DNA of 64,000 bases from Longimicrobiales bacterium (GTDB lineage: Bacteria > Gemmatimonadota > Gemmatimonadetes > Longimicrobiales > Gaopeijiaceae), in contig CBDFIQ010000002.1 of NCBI GenBank assembly GCA_965248195.1, positions 1,344,001 to 1,408,000 of the forward strand. Reading direction: 5' to 3'. A program made the translations under genes and the position numbers. Shown in pieces: positions 49,313-59,501 of this stretch; the first letter of the stretch is position 1, and the number at the start of each line of letters is the position of its first letter. Below the pieces are notes generated by a model that was given only the letters and a program-made list of their open reading frames with translations, did no database searches and was not told the DNA's origin.

Positions 49313-50761
49313 ATGACGATGCACATATATGACTGGGTAGCGTTGACGCTGGTGGCTCTGGCGGGAGGAGGAGGTGTCGCGGCGCAAGAGGTCTTCACGC
49401 TCGAGGGGGCCGTACAGATGGCCCTGGAGCAGAATGAGGACCTTCACGGCGCCCGCTACGGTCTCGTGGTGGCTCAAGAGCAGATGGCCGAAGCCCGCAG
49501 TGACCTCTTTCCGAAGATCGACCTGAACGCCTCGTACGCACGCAACCTGATGGTGGCGGAGAACTTCCTTCCCGCGTTCATTTTCGATCCCACGGCCGAT
49601 CCGGATGACCTGATCCCGGTTCGTTTCGGAGCGGACAACGTCTGGACGACCAACGTCACGTTGGAGCAGGCCCTGTTCAAGCCGTCGGCGTTCGTCGCGC
49701 TCGGCGCGGCCGGGCGCTTTGAAAACTTCGAGCAGGAAGCCTTGCGGGGCCGCACACAAGGGATCGTCACACAGGTGCGGGTGCTCTATTACGGCCTCCT
49801 GCTGGCGCAGGAGCAGGCTCGCTTGGTGGAAAACTCCGTTCAACGGGTGCGGAAGTCCCTCCACGACACCCGAGCGCTCAACAAGGCCGGCCTCGCGGCG
49901 GACTACGATGTGCTGCGCCTCGAGGTAGAGTTGGGCAACCTCGAACCCAATCTGTTCCGGGCCCGGAACTCCGTGACGCAGGCTCGGCGCGAACTCGGCA
50001 TCGAGCTGGCACTGGACGATCTCGAAGGCTTTCGCGTCGCGGGCTCTCTCGCGGCGCTCGATCTCGATGATTTCGAGGCCAACTCGCCCGAGAATCGTGA
50101 AATCTTGGGATTCTCGAACTTGGCCACGGAGCCGTTGACCGAGGACATCGTACGTGCGGCCCGAGAGGGCCGGTCGGATCTTCGGCAATTCTTTTTTTCG
50201 GAGCAGCTCCGGCAGTCGGAGTTGAGCTTGGAGCAGGCGCAGTACCTGCCCGAGATCGTGCTCTTCGGGTCCTACGGAGTTTTGGCTCAGCAAAACGGGA
50301 ACCCTGCGTTCTTCGGGGAGTCCAACCAACGAACGTATTCGAGTCAGGCCGGCATTCGGGTCACCTGGCCGATTTTCAGCGGTCTTTCGAGAGATGCCCG
50401 CATCGATCAGAGGCGGGCATCCCTACGCCAAGCCGAGAGCGTGAGCCGGGTCGCCCGGGCCCGGGCCGACAGTGAAGTGGAGACCATTTGGGATCAGATG
50501 GTGGAGGCCAGGGCGCGTGCCGATGCTCAACGAGGGGCGGTCCGGCAGGCGACCCGCGGTTTCGAGATCGCGAGCGCGCAATACCAAGAGGGTCTGGGGA
50601 GTCAGTTGGAGCTCACCGATGCCGAAGTGGCCCTTCGGCAGAGTGAGTTCAACTACGCGCAGGCTGCATACGACTTTTTGGTGGCACAGGCCAATCTCGA
50701 TCTGGCGGTGGGCTCCGTGCCCATGGTGGATTCGGGACCGCTGGCCGGCCGCCTTGAGTGA
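49313..50761 (+). CDS. TolC family outer-membrane efflux protein
   Basis: Signal peptide, two OEP repeats. Confidence 0.92.
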   Translation: MTMHIYDWVALTLVALAGGGGVAAQEVFTLEGAVQMALEQNEDLHGARYGLVVAQEQMAEARSDLFPKIDLNASYARNLMVAENFLPAFIFDPTADPDDLIPVRFGADNVWTTNVTLEQALFKPSAFVALGAAGRFENFEQEALRGRTQGIVTQVRVLYYGLLLAQEQARLVENSVQRVRKSLHDTRALNKAGLAADYDVLRLEVELGNLEPNLFRARNSVTQARRELGIELALDDLEGFRVAGSLAALDLDDFEANSPENREILGFSNLATEPLTEDIVRAAREGRSDLRQFFFSEQLRQSELSLEQAQYLPEIVLFGSYGVLAQQNGNPAFFGESNQRTYSSQAGIRVTWPIFSGLSRDARIDQRRASLRQAESVSRVARARADSEVETIWDQMVEARARADAQRGAVRQATRGFEIASAQYQEGLGSQLELTDAEVALRQSEFNYAQAAYDFLVAQANLDLAVGSVPMVDSGPLAGRLE

Positions 50762-50780
50762 TAGATAAAGGAAGAAGATC

Positions 50781-51860
50781 ATGACGATTCACGCTCGGTT
50801 GAAGACAAGCTTGCTGACCCTCCTGGTGGGTGCTCTGGCCTGCGGAGGAGACGCCGAGGCGGGTGGGGCCAGCGAAGCAGGGGTGCTCGTCGAGGGGGCC
50901 TCACGGGTCATCAACGTCGAGATCTCGACCGTGAAGATCCGCGAATTCGTGGAGCGCATCAGTCTGACCGGCACAGTCGTGGCCGGTCAGGACGTCACGC
51001 TTTCCGCCCAAGAGTCCGGTGTCATCCGCCGTGTCGTCGTCGAGAAGGGGGCTACGGTCTCCGTGGGCGAGCCGCTGCTGGAGGTGGATGATGCTGTGCT
51101 TCGCAGTCAGGTGGAAGAAGCCACGGCGCAGGCCTCCCTGGCGAGCGAAACCTGGGAGCGACGCAAACGTTTGTACGAAGAGGACCAGGTGGGCTCGGAA
51201 CTGGCCTATCTAGAGGCCAAGTACACTGCTGAACAGGCGTCGGCCCGTCTGGCAACGCTTCAGACACGCCTCGGACGCACGGTGATCCGTGCTCCGATCG
51301 ACGGTGTCTTGGAGGACCGTTTGGTCGAAGTCGGGGCCATGGTGAACGTCGGGACGAACGTGGCGCGAATCGTCTCGCTCGATCCGGTCAAGGTCGTGGC
51401 GGGTGTGCCGGAGCGGTACGCGAGGGACGTGATCGTCGGGGCGTCGGCCACGACGGTCTTCGACGTCCTGGACTTATCCTCTGAGGGTACGATCAGCTAC
51501 GTCGGCGCAACGGTGAACGCCCGTAATCGTACGTTTTTGATCGAACTCGTGATGCCGAATCCCGATGGCCTCATCAAGCCGCAGATGGTGGCTAACGTGG
51601 GTTTGGTCCGGCAGACGGTCGAGGATGCGATCGTCATCCCTCAGGAGGCGCTCGTGAGGGTCGAAGACGGATACGTCGTCTTCGTGGTCGAGGGGGACGG
51701 GGATGACGCTGTCGTTCTGTCACGAGCCGTCGAACTCGGCGCCAGCCAGCGGAACGAGGTCGTAATCGAGGCCGGTCTGCGTGCTGGAGAGCGACTCATC
51801 GTGGTCGGCCAGCAGCAGGTGACGGCCGGTGACCGGATCAACGTTGTCGGGATGAGGTGA
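50781..51860 (+). CDS. RND periplasmic adaptor (lipoprotein)
   Basis: LAC lipobox, IRAPIDG, IPQEAL. Confidence 0.92.
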   Translation: MTIHARLKTSLLTLLVGALACGGDAEAGGASEAGVLVEGASRVINVEISTVKIREFVERISLTGTVVAGQDVTLSAQESGVIRRVVVEKGATVSVGEPLLEVDDAVLRSQVEEATAQASLASETWERRKRLYEEDQVGSELAYLEAKYTAEQASARLATLQTRLGRTVIRAPIDGVLEDRLVEVGAMVNVGTNVARIVSLDPVKVVAGVPERYARDVIVGASATTVFDVLDLSSEGTISYVGATVNARNRTFLIELVMPNPDGLIKPQMVANVGLVRQTVEDAIVIPQEALVRVEDGYVVFVVEGDGDDAVVLSRAVELGASQRNEVVIEAGLRAGERLIVVGQQQVTAGDRINVVGMR

Positions 51861-51867
51861 GGGGAAA

Positions 51868-54800
51868 ATGATCAAACCTTCGGATGGAACCCCGGATTCG
51901 AACGGGAACTCCCCCAGCGGAGCGCCCGAATCCGATGGCCACGTTCCTGCCGAGTCCGGTCGCGATCCCGGATTTCTAGCGCGCTTCAAGGAATTCCGCC
52001 CGACCAGCTTGGCGGTCGACCACCAGACCAGCGTGCTCGTCCTCTTCGCGTTCATCGCGGTGGTGGGTCTGTCCGCGTACCGAGTGATCCCCCGGGAGTC
52101 CTTCCCGGAGATCGAAATTCCGATGATCGCCGTGAACACGATCTATCCGGGCGTGACACCGGCCGACATCGAAAGTCTGGTCACCCGTCCCCTGGAGGAC
52201 GAGCTCTCGACCATCTCCGACATCAAGGAACTGACGTCGACTTCGGTCGAAGGCTACTCGAGCATCGTCGCCGAGTTCGAGGCGACGGTGGACCTCGAAG
52301 GAGCTCTCCAGAAAGTGCGGGAGAAGGTCGACTTGGCAAAGGCCGACTTACCGGCGGACGCTGAGGACCCCTCGATAATCGAGTTCGATTTCTCCGAAAT
52401 TCCCATCATGCAGGTGAACCTCTCGGGGCAGTACGGTCTCGTACGGCTCAAGGAGCTGGGGGAGGAGATACAGGACCGGGTCGAGCAGATCCCGGGGGTG
52501 TTGAGAGTGGACGTCCGGGGAGGGCTGGAGCGGGAAGTCAGGGTGGACGTCCACCTCGACCGATTACAGTTCTACGGCCTCGAGATCCAGGATCTGATCG
52601 ACGCGATTCGTGACGAGAACGTCAACATCCCGGGGGGATCGATCGACGTAGGGCCGCTACAGTATCTGGTGCGCGTCGCTGGCGAGTTCGACGATCCGAT
52701 GATCATCCAGGACCTCGTTGTCGCCACCGAGGACGGCCGTCCGATCTACGTTCGGGACATCGCGGACGTGGAGTTCGGCTTTGAGGATCGAACCAGCTAC
52801 GCCCGCCTCGACAATGATCCGGTCGTCACACTCGACGTGCTGAAGCGCTCCGGCGAAAACATCATCGAGACCGCCGAGCTGGTGAAGGCCGCAATCCGGG
52901 AGATGGAGCCACTTCTGCCGCCCACGACAGTGGTGAAGATCACGTCGGACCAGTCGGTTATGATCGACACCATGGTGAGCAGCCTCGAGAACAACATCAT
53001 CTCGGGGCTCATCCTGATCGTCGGAGTGCTTCTCTTCTTCCTGGGTGCTGGGAATGCTGTGTTCGTGGCTATTTCGGTTCCCACGTCCATGCTGCTTTCC
53101 TTCGCGATCTTGCAGCTCCTCGGGATCACCTTGAACATGGTCGTACTCTTCTCGCTGATCCTCGCCCTGGGGATGCTCGTCGACAACGCGATCGTCGTGG
53201 TCGAAAACATTTACCGGTACGTAGAGGAGGGCTGGGACCGGCGCACTGCCGCGAAGAAGGCCACTGGCGAAGTAGCCATGCCCGTGATCGTCGCCACCGC
53301 AACCACGCTCGCTGCCTTCGCTCCGCTTCTCTTCTGGCCCGGCCAGGTCGGCGAGTTCATGCAGTACATGCCATCGACGCTCATCGTCACACTTTCCAGC
53401 TCGCTGTTCGTGGCGCTCGTGATCATTCCCACGCTGTGCGCCCTGTTCCTCCGGCTCGAGGATGATCCGGCGCCCCCGCTGAGGCCCGCCGCTCGCTGGA
53501 CCATGATTGGCGTGACGGTGTTGGCAGGGATCGCGATCGGGATAAGGAATCCGCTCATGGTGGTGCTCCTCGCCGGGACGGTGGCTGCGCTGTATGGGCT
53601 GCACGACTTCCTCCTGCGAGGCATGGCGGCCCGTTTCCAGGCGGTTCGTCTTCCCCAAATTCTGACGGTGTACGAACGGGCACTCCATTGGGCTTTGGCT
53701 CACAGGGGCTATTTACTCGTCGGCTCCTTCTTGGGTCTCGTCGGGACGGCTGGTCTCTTCTACCGGTTCAACGCCGGCGTCGAGTTCTTCGCCGAGGACA
53801 TGCCGCCCAACCAGATCCTCGTCGACATGGAGTTGCCGGTCGGCAGCAGCCCGGAAGCGACGGACGGGATCGCACGCCGGCTCGAAGAGGACGTCCAGGC
53901 ATTTTCCGGCATGTCGGACGCGGAGTCCGTGGTCGCGACGATAGGTGGCTCGGGGGGGGCCGGAAACCCGATGATGGGGGGCGCTTCGGGTCCCAACGCC
54001 GGGCGGCTGACCGTCAGTATGATCGAGTTCGGTAAGCGAGAGCTGGATTCCCAAGATCTCCTGACTCTGATGCAGGCAGGGCTCGGCCGGGACATCGCCG
54101 GAGCGGACATCAGGGTAGACCAGGTTGCGGACGGACCCGCCCAGGGTAGTCCGGTGAACATCGAGCTCGTGGGAGAAGACCCTGCGACGCTGCAGGCGTT
54201 GTCCGACCGCGTGCTCGCAATTCTGGAGAGCAACCCCGTCTACGGGAAGCTCGTGGGGTTGGAGAGCGACCTCGACGCTGCCCGGCCCGAGTTATCGGTT
54301 TCGGTAGACCGGGAGACCGCCGCGCTCTACGGGCTCTCCAGCCGAGACGTCGGGATGGCGATCCGTGGTGCCATTCAGGGGATCGAGGCGGCGAAGTACC
54401 GGACGGGAAACGATGAGTACGACATCGTTGTGCGCCTCGCTGAGGAGTACCGCGGGGATCTGGAGAGCCTTCGAAACCTGACCGTAATGAACGAAGGCAC
54501 CCAGATCCCCCTTCTTTCGGTGGCGAAGTGGGAGGTCGGGGAAGGGTACGGCAGTATCCGCCGCAAGGACCAGCGGCGCATGGCCACGATCAGTTCGGAT
54601 GTGCGGACAGGTCTCAACAACAATCGCGTTCTGATGGAGGTCCAGGATGTACTGGCGGATTTCACCACGAACGAACTGCCGGTCGGCTATCAACTGCAGT
54701 ACACGGGGCAGTCCGAAGAGCAGGCGGAAGCCCAGGGGTTCCTTCAGGCCGCGTTCCTCGGAGCGATCATGCTGATCGGACTCATCTTGGTGAGTCAGTT

Positions 54801-55488
54801 CAACTCGGTGGTCACACCCGTGATCATCCTTACGTCGGTTTTTATGTCCACCGCCGGGGTGTTTCTCGGCCTCCTCGTGTTCCGGATGCCCTTCGGCATC
54901 ATCATGACGGGGGTGGGCATCATCTCGCTTGCGGGAATCGTCGTGAACAACGCCATCGTGCTGCTCGACTACGTCGGCATTCTGAGGACCCGAGATGGAC
55001 TGGGGCGCCTAGAGGCCCTGGTGCGTGGCGGAACGGTACGCTTCCGGCCGGTGATCCTCACGGCGGTCACGACCGCACTGGGTCTGATCCCGCTCGCCAT
55101 CGGATTGAACTTCGACTTCTTCGGCCTCTACGCGCGACTCGAACCCGAGTTTTACTGGGGAGGGGAACAGGCCGCCATGTGGGGTCCGATGGCCATCGCG
55201 GTGATCATCGGGATTCTGTTCGCGACCTTCCTCACGCTCATCCTGGTGCCCGTGCTTTACTCCGTCGTCGATGACGCGTCGGACTTCTTCAAGCGGAACT
55301 TCACGCAGGGCGGGGTGGCCCTGGCAGAAGATTCGGGTTCTGGGGTGACATGGGGTGAGACGTGGAGCCCGAAGTCCGGTGGTACCGGCGAGCCGGGCCC
55401 GGCTGACCCAGGTGTCGAACCGACCGAAGGTGCTCCCACGGCACCGGATGCGCTGACCGATCCCATCTCCGTCCCGCACCCCGAGTAA
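51868..55488 (+). CDS. RND efflux permease (AcrB family)
   Basis: GMLVDNAIVVVEN, GIVVNNAIVL, RFRPVILT. Confidence 0.95.
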   Translation: MIKPSDGTPDSNGNSPSGAPESDGHVPAESGRDPGFLARFKEFRPTSLAVDHQTSVLVLFAFIAVVGLSAYRVIPRESFPEIEIPMIAVNTIYPGVTPADIESLVTRPLEDELSTISDIKELTSTSVEGYSSIVAEFEATVDLEGALQKVREKVDLAKADLPADAEDPSIIEFDFSEIPIMQVNLSGQYGLVRLKELGEEIQDRVEQIPGVLRVDVRGGLEREVRVDVHLDRLQFYGLEIQDLIDAIRDENVNIPGGSIDVGPLQYLVRVAGEFDDPMIIQDLVVATEDGRPIYVRDIADVEFGFEDRTSYARLDNDPVVTLDVLKRSGENIIETAELVKAAIREMEPLLPPTTVVKITSDQSVMIDTMVSSLENNIISGLILIVGVLLFFLGAGNAVFVAISVPTSMLLSFAILQLLGITLNMVVLFSLILALGMLVDNAIVVVENIYRYVEEGWDRRTAAKKATGEVAMPVIVATATTLAAFAPLLFWPGQVGEFMQYMPSTLIVTLSSSLFVALVIIPTLCALFLRLEDDPAPPLRPAARWTMIGVTVLAGIAIGIRNPLMVVLLAGTVAALYGLHDFLLRGMAARFQAVRLPQILTVYERALHWALAHRGYLLVGSFLGLVGTAGLFYRFNAGVEFFAEDMPPNQILVDMELPVGSSPEATDGIARRLEEDVQAFSGMSDAESVVATIGGSGGAGNPMMGGASGPNAGRLTVSMIEFGKRELDSQDLLTLMQAGLGRDIAGADIRVDQVADGPAQGSPVNIELVGEDPATLQALSDRVLAILESNPVYGKLVGLESDLDAARPELSVSVDRETAALYGLSSRDVGMAIRGAIQGIEAAKYRTGNDEYDIVVRLAEEYRGDLESLRNLTVMNEGTQIPLLSVAKWEVGEGYGSIRRKDQRRMATISSDVRTGLNNNRVLMEVQDVLADFTTNELPVGYQLQYTGQSEEQAEAQGFLQAAFLGAIMLIGLILVSQFNSVVTPVIILTSVFMSTAGVFLGLLVFRMPFGIIMTGVGIISLAGIVVNNAIVLLDYVGILRTRDGLGRLEALVRGGTVRFRPVILTAVTTALGLIPLAIGLNFDFFGLYARLEPEFYWGGEQAAMWGPMAIAVIIGILFATFLTLILVPVLYSVVDDASDFFKRNFTQGGVALAEDSGSGVTWGETWSPKSGGTGEPGPADPGVEPTEGAPTAPDALTDPISVPHPE

Positions 55489-55499
55489 GAGACGCCCCT

Positions 55500-56807
55500 T
55501 TGCACCGGAACCTCCTCGGCGAAAGGGGCCACGGTGCACTGGCCGTGGCGGCCCTGTGCCTCGGTGTAACACTTTCGGTGGCGCCCGGCGCCACACAGGG
55601 ACAACAGTCCGAGTCCGTTTCCGACGCCCTTCGGGTCTTCTTCGACTGCTCCGGCCGCGACTGCAACTCCACTTACTACCGTACGGAGATCCCTTGGGTG
55701 AACTGGGTCCGGGATCGGACCCTCGCGCAGGTGCACCTCATCATGACCAGCGAGCAGAACGCCAGCGGAGGGCGCGAATACAGCTTCGATTTCCTTGGCC
55801 AGGAGGCGTTGGAGGGCGAGGACGACCTCCTGAACTACATGTCGCTCGGAACCGATACGCGTGAGGAGAGCCTCCGCGGCATCTCGCAGGTGCTCGCCAT
55901 AGGACTCGCCCGCTACTCGGTGCTCGCCGGCGCGGGCGAAGGGCTCGAGGTCCGTAGATCGGGGGAGACGAGGGGGCTCACGGATCGGCTCGTGACCGGC
56001 GACCAAGTAGATGATCCATGGAATTTTTGGGTCTTCCGCATCGGCGTGAACGGGAACTACGATGAGGAGTCCTCGGAAAACGAGCGCCGTCTTCGCGGCA
56101 ACTTCTCTGCCAACCGTACCACTACCACATGGCGGATCAATCTACGCGGCAACGGGAGCCATTCCCGAGAGGAGTTGGACCTCGACGACAGTACGACCGT
56201 CATCGCCACGCGTACGAACTGGAACGTGAATCAGGACATCGTCTACACGCTTGCGGATCATTGGTCCACCGCGTTCACGGCCGGGGCCAGCGCCTCCACC
56301 CGTTCCAACCAGGACCTCGGGGTCTCGGTTCGACAGGGGATCGAGTTCAGTATATGGCCATATGAAGAGGCGCCACGCCGGTCTCTGACGGCGGTGTATC
56401 GCGTCGGAATCCAGTACTTCGATTGGGAGAAGACGACCGAGCTCGGCAAGAACGAAGAGACGCGGCCCGAGCATAGGCTTCAACTGGAGCTCTTTCAGCG
56501 CCAGCCCTGGGGCGACTCACGCGTGAGTCTCCGAGTGTCGTCGTTCCTCGACGATTTTTCCCAGAATAGCGTCGAGTTCAACGGGAATTTGAGTGTACGC
56601 CTCTTTCGTGGGCTTCGCTTCAACATCGGCGGTGGTTTGGAGCGCATTCGAGACCAGATATTCTTGGCGGCCGGGGGGCTGACCGAGGAGGAGATCCTGC
56701 TCCGCCAACGAGAGCGCGCCAGCGAATATCAGTTCGACATCCGGTTGGGCCTCAGCTATCAATTCGGCTCCATCTTCAACAACGTGGTGAACAACAGGTT
56801 CCGCTGA
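55500..56807 (+). CDS. Exported, probably outer-membrane beta-barrel hypothetical protein
   Basis: Signal peptide, VFFDC…C, DPWNFWVF, C-terminal FGSIFNNVVNNRF. Confidence 0.7.
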   Translation: MHRNLLGERGHGALAVAALCLGVTLSVAPGATQGQQSESVSDALRVFFDCSGRDCNSTYYRTEIPWVNWVRDRTLAQVHLIMTSEQNASGGREYSFDFLGQEALEGEDDLLNYMSLGTDTREESLRGISQVLAIGLARYSVLAGAGEGLEVRRSGETRGLTDRLVTGDQVDDPWNFWVFRIGVNGNYDEESSENERRLRGNFSANRTTTTWRINLRGNGSHSREELDLDDSTTVIATRTNWNVNQDIVYTLADHWSTAFTAGASASTRSNQDLGVSVRQGIEFSIWPYEEAPRRSLTAVYRVGIQYFDWEKTTELGKNEETRPEHRLQLELFQRQPWGDSRVSLRVSSFLDDFSQNSVEFNGNLSVRLFRGLRFNIGGGLERIRDQIFLAAGGLTEEEILLRQRERASEYQFDIRLGLSYQFGSIFNNVVNNRFR

Positions 56808-56841
56808 TTCGTGTGAGGTTTCTCTCCTGGAGGCACTTGTC

Positions 56842-57051
56842 TTGAAGACCATTGGTCGGTGGACCATGATCGGCGCCGCGGTCGGTGGAGGCCTGTTCCT
56901 ATCCCTGAGTGTGTATCGGTCCATAACGAGCGGCGGACCCTCTTGGAGTCATCTCAATCCCATCGGGGTGATGACCGTAATCGGTGTCACGGTCGGGGCG
57001 TTGGTCGGCCCTCTCATCGGCGCCATCGTCGCTCGGCGACGAGGCCATTGA
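56842..57051 (+). CDS. Small two-TM membrane protein
   Basis: GGAGG RBS, two hydrophobic segments, stop overlaps the next start. Confidence 0.6.
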   Translation: MKTIGRWTMIGAAVGGGLFLSLSVYRSITSGGPSWSHLNPIGVMTVIGVTVGALVGPLIGAIVARRRGH

Positions 57052-57752
57052 CGGCCTCTCCATCGGAAAACGAAGCGCGCCTGCGGGCCGTAAACCAACG
57101 CGTCGTGGCATGCATCAGGTGTCCGCGTCTGGTGGAGTGGCGCTCGAGGGTGGCTCGGGAAAAGCGGGCCGCGTACGCCTCGGAAGCCTATTGGGGACGT
57201 CCCGTCCCGTCATTCGGGGACCCCGACGCGGAGCTTCTGATCGTGGGTCTCGCTCCGGGCGCGCACGGAGCCAATCGGACGGGCCGCATGTTCACCGGGG
57301 ATCGCTCCGGGGACTGGTTGTATCGAGCTCTGCACCGGGCAGGATTTGCCAACCAGCCCGACGGGCGCACAGCCGACGACGGGTTATGTCTGACGCGAGC
57401 CTACATCACGGCCGCCGTCCGATGTGCACCGCCTGCGAACCGCCCGACCGCCGCCGAGCGGGACCACTGCAGGCCGTACCTCGAAGAGGAGCTGGAGATC
57501 TTTCGGTCCGTGCGCGTGGTCGTGGCGCTCGGGAGGTTCGCATTCGATCAGGTGCTGCGAATCCTCCAGAGCAGCGATGAGGGCGTCCCCCAGGCCCGGC
57601 CCAAGTTCTCGCACGGCGTCGAGGTGGGCCTCGGAAGCAGAACGGTGCTCGGCTGCTACCATCCGAGCCAGCAGAATACGTTCACCGGCCGGCTCACCGA
57701 GTCGATGTTCGATTCCGTGTGGGAGAGGGCAAAGCACCTTATCACATCCTAG
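57048..57752 (+). CDS. Family 5 uracil-DNA glycosylase (UdgB-like)
   Basis: CIRCPRL, GLAPGAHGANRTGRMFTGD, YHPSQQN. Confidence 0.92.
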   Translation: MTASPSENEARLRAVNQRVVACIRCPRLVEWRSRVAREKRAAYASEAYWGRPVPSFGDPDAELLIVGLAPGAHGANRTGRMFTGDRSGDWLYRALHRAGFANQPDGRTADDGLCLTRAYITAAVRCAPPANRPTAAERDHCRPYLEEELEIFRSVRVVVALGRFAFDQVLRILQSSDEGVPQARPKFSHGVEVGLGSRTVLGCYHPSQQNTFTGRLTESMFDSVWERAKHLITS

Positions 57753-58803
57753 AAAGGTGATCGGAAAGGGGGGCGGGTAGGATCGTGACGGGTAGGCGCC
57801 GAAAGTGCCGCTCTCGAACATCATCGGGAGTCAACAGCTCGTCGATGATGCGGGCTAATTCCTCTTCGCGTTTCCACATGAACTCGATGGCCTGAAGCTC
57901 CAACTCCATCATGCGGCGTTCGACGCTGTCGTTCACGGCGATCTCGAGGGCGATGGAATGGGTTTTACCCATGCCCCACAGCGACTTGCGTTCTTTTGTC
58001 ACCAGGGCCTCGAAAGCCTCGGAGGACCCGGCGGATTCGATCACGCGGGAGGCGTCCCGGATCGTACCCTCGGTCGCGCCTGTGATGTGTTGGTAGGCCA
58101 GGATCCGTCGAAGAACGTTTTGCGCCTCCGGGCCTCCGATCTCGTAGACCTTCTTCGGTGTCCATGGGTCACAACGAGGACAGGGCACCTCGACCACCGT
58201 GCGGCCGGTCTCCGGCTCGATTCGAGGGAAAACCCACCATGAGAGGTCATACCGCAGGGCCTTGAGCGAGCTGTTGCAGTACGGACAATCGACGGAGCCA
58301 TGCCACGCGGCCCATCCGAACCTACGCCATCGAAGAATGTCCGCCGTCGGTGCGTCATCCCAAACGATGCTGAGATCGTCATCGCCGAGCCCGAAGGCGT
58401 CGGACAAGTAAGCCACGGCGCCGAACGTATAAGCGGTCAGACGAGATCGTGCGCTGTGAAACCGCGATCGCCGCCGGTCCAGCTCGCGGCCATAGCGCCA
58501 CCACGCTCTCTCCGCGAGTCGAGCCCTACCCACCCGGATCAGGAAGAGCTCCCCCGCGGATAGGAGCGCGATGTTGTCTGTTTCGGCCACGAGCCGGGAT
58601 CGGTCACGCACCATCCGTTCCAACTCATGGAGCGCCTCCCAGCGCTCTTCCATGGCGCAGAGATTCCAGCGGCCGCACCGCTCACAGACTGCCCACAACC
58701 GTCCCTCTTCGGGATCGAAGGCCAGGCGGCGGCCTGGAGGAAGGCGCCCGAAGACGCCGTTCTCCCGAAATCTCGTGTGGCAGAAGATGCACCGAGTGAA
58801 CAA
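57742..58803 (-). CDS. Conserved hypothetical protein with four CxxC pairs
   Basis: GGGAGG RBS before TTG; CIFC, CERC, CPYC, CPRC; acidic helical C-terminus. Confidence 0.75.
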   Translation of the reverse strand: MFTRCIFCHTRFRENGVFGRLPPGRRLAFDPEEGRLWAVCERCGRWNLCAMEERWEALHELERMVRDRSRLVAETDNIALLSAGELFLIRVGRARLAERAWWRYGRELDRRRSRFHSARSRLTAYTFGAVAYLSDAFGLGDDDLSIVWDDAPTADILRWRRFGWAAWHGSVDCPYCNSSLKALRYDLSWWVFPRIEPETGRTVVEVPCPRCDPWTPKKVYEIGGPEAQNVLRRILAYQHITGATEGTIRDASRVIESAGSSEAFEALVTKERKSLWGMGKTHSIALEIAVNDSVERRMMELELQAIEFMWKREEELARIIDELLTPDDVRERHFRRLPVTILPAPLSDHLSRM

Positions 58804-58994
58804 AGTACCTCCCAACCTTGCGGACCCGACCAGCGGTCCACGCATCCCCCATCGTCGGTGTCGCATCCCAGAAATGTCTCGGTCATTGCAGACACCGGGC
58901 GGGGTCCATCGGTTCCGAAGGGGGAGGGGCGGTGCCTGCGCTGTACGGTTTTGATTTCTCTGGCGCGGGTGCTGGGGATGGATGATCATTGTAA

Positions 58995-59501
58995 ATGGCG
59001 AATCAAGTACCCGATGACGCTCGGGCCGGGTCTCCCGTGGCCAAAGCGGTCGAGCGCATGGCGGCGGCCAGGATCGCGGTGGGCCTCCCTCCGCTGGCGG
59101 TTCTCGGGCTATACGGCCTGGTGCAGTCCCTCCGCAACGGATTCCGGCCCTCCGAGCCAATGGTGTTCTTGATTGGCGCCGTGGTCTCGATGGTGGCGAT
59201 GGTCGCCTACGGGTTGCAGGCGGTCTCGAGAGTTCTGGAGAAACCAAGCCGTTGGAGCGGTCTGGTCTTCGCGGGTAGCTTCTTGCCCATCCTCTTCGCC
59301 GGGTACGTGATCGTGACCCGGCTCTTTTTTCTCTTCCGGCTCGGCGGCGCAGCCGGTCTCGGGCCGGTGGTAGGCAACCTCGGCCTCTTGGCGCTCGCGG
59401 CCCTGTGCATGCGGGCGCAGTGGAAGCTGATCGAGGTGCATCTGCTTGCGAGGGAGATGGCCGGGGTGGAACGGGCGGGCCTGGAGCGTGGCGCCCCTTG
59501 A
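58995..59501 (+). CDS. Four-TM membrane protein of unknown function
   Basis: Four hydrophobic segments; overlaps the start of the GGDEF gene. Confidence 0.65.
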   Translation: MANQVPDDARAGSPVAKAVERMAAARIAVGLPPLAVLGLYGLVQSLRNGFRPSEPMVFLIGAVVSMVAMVAYGLQAVSRVLEKPSRWSGLVFAGSFLPILFAGYVIVTRLFFLFRLGGAAGLGPVVGNLGLLALAALCMRAQWKLIEVHLLAREMAGVERAGLERGAP

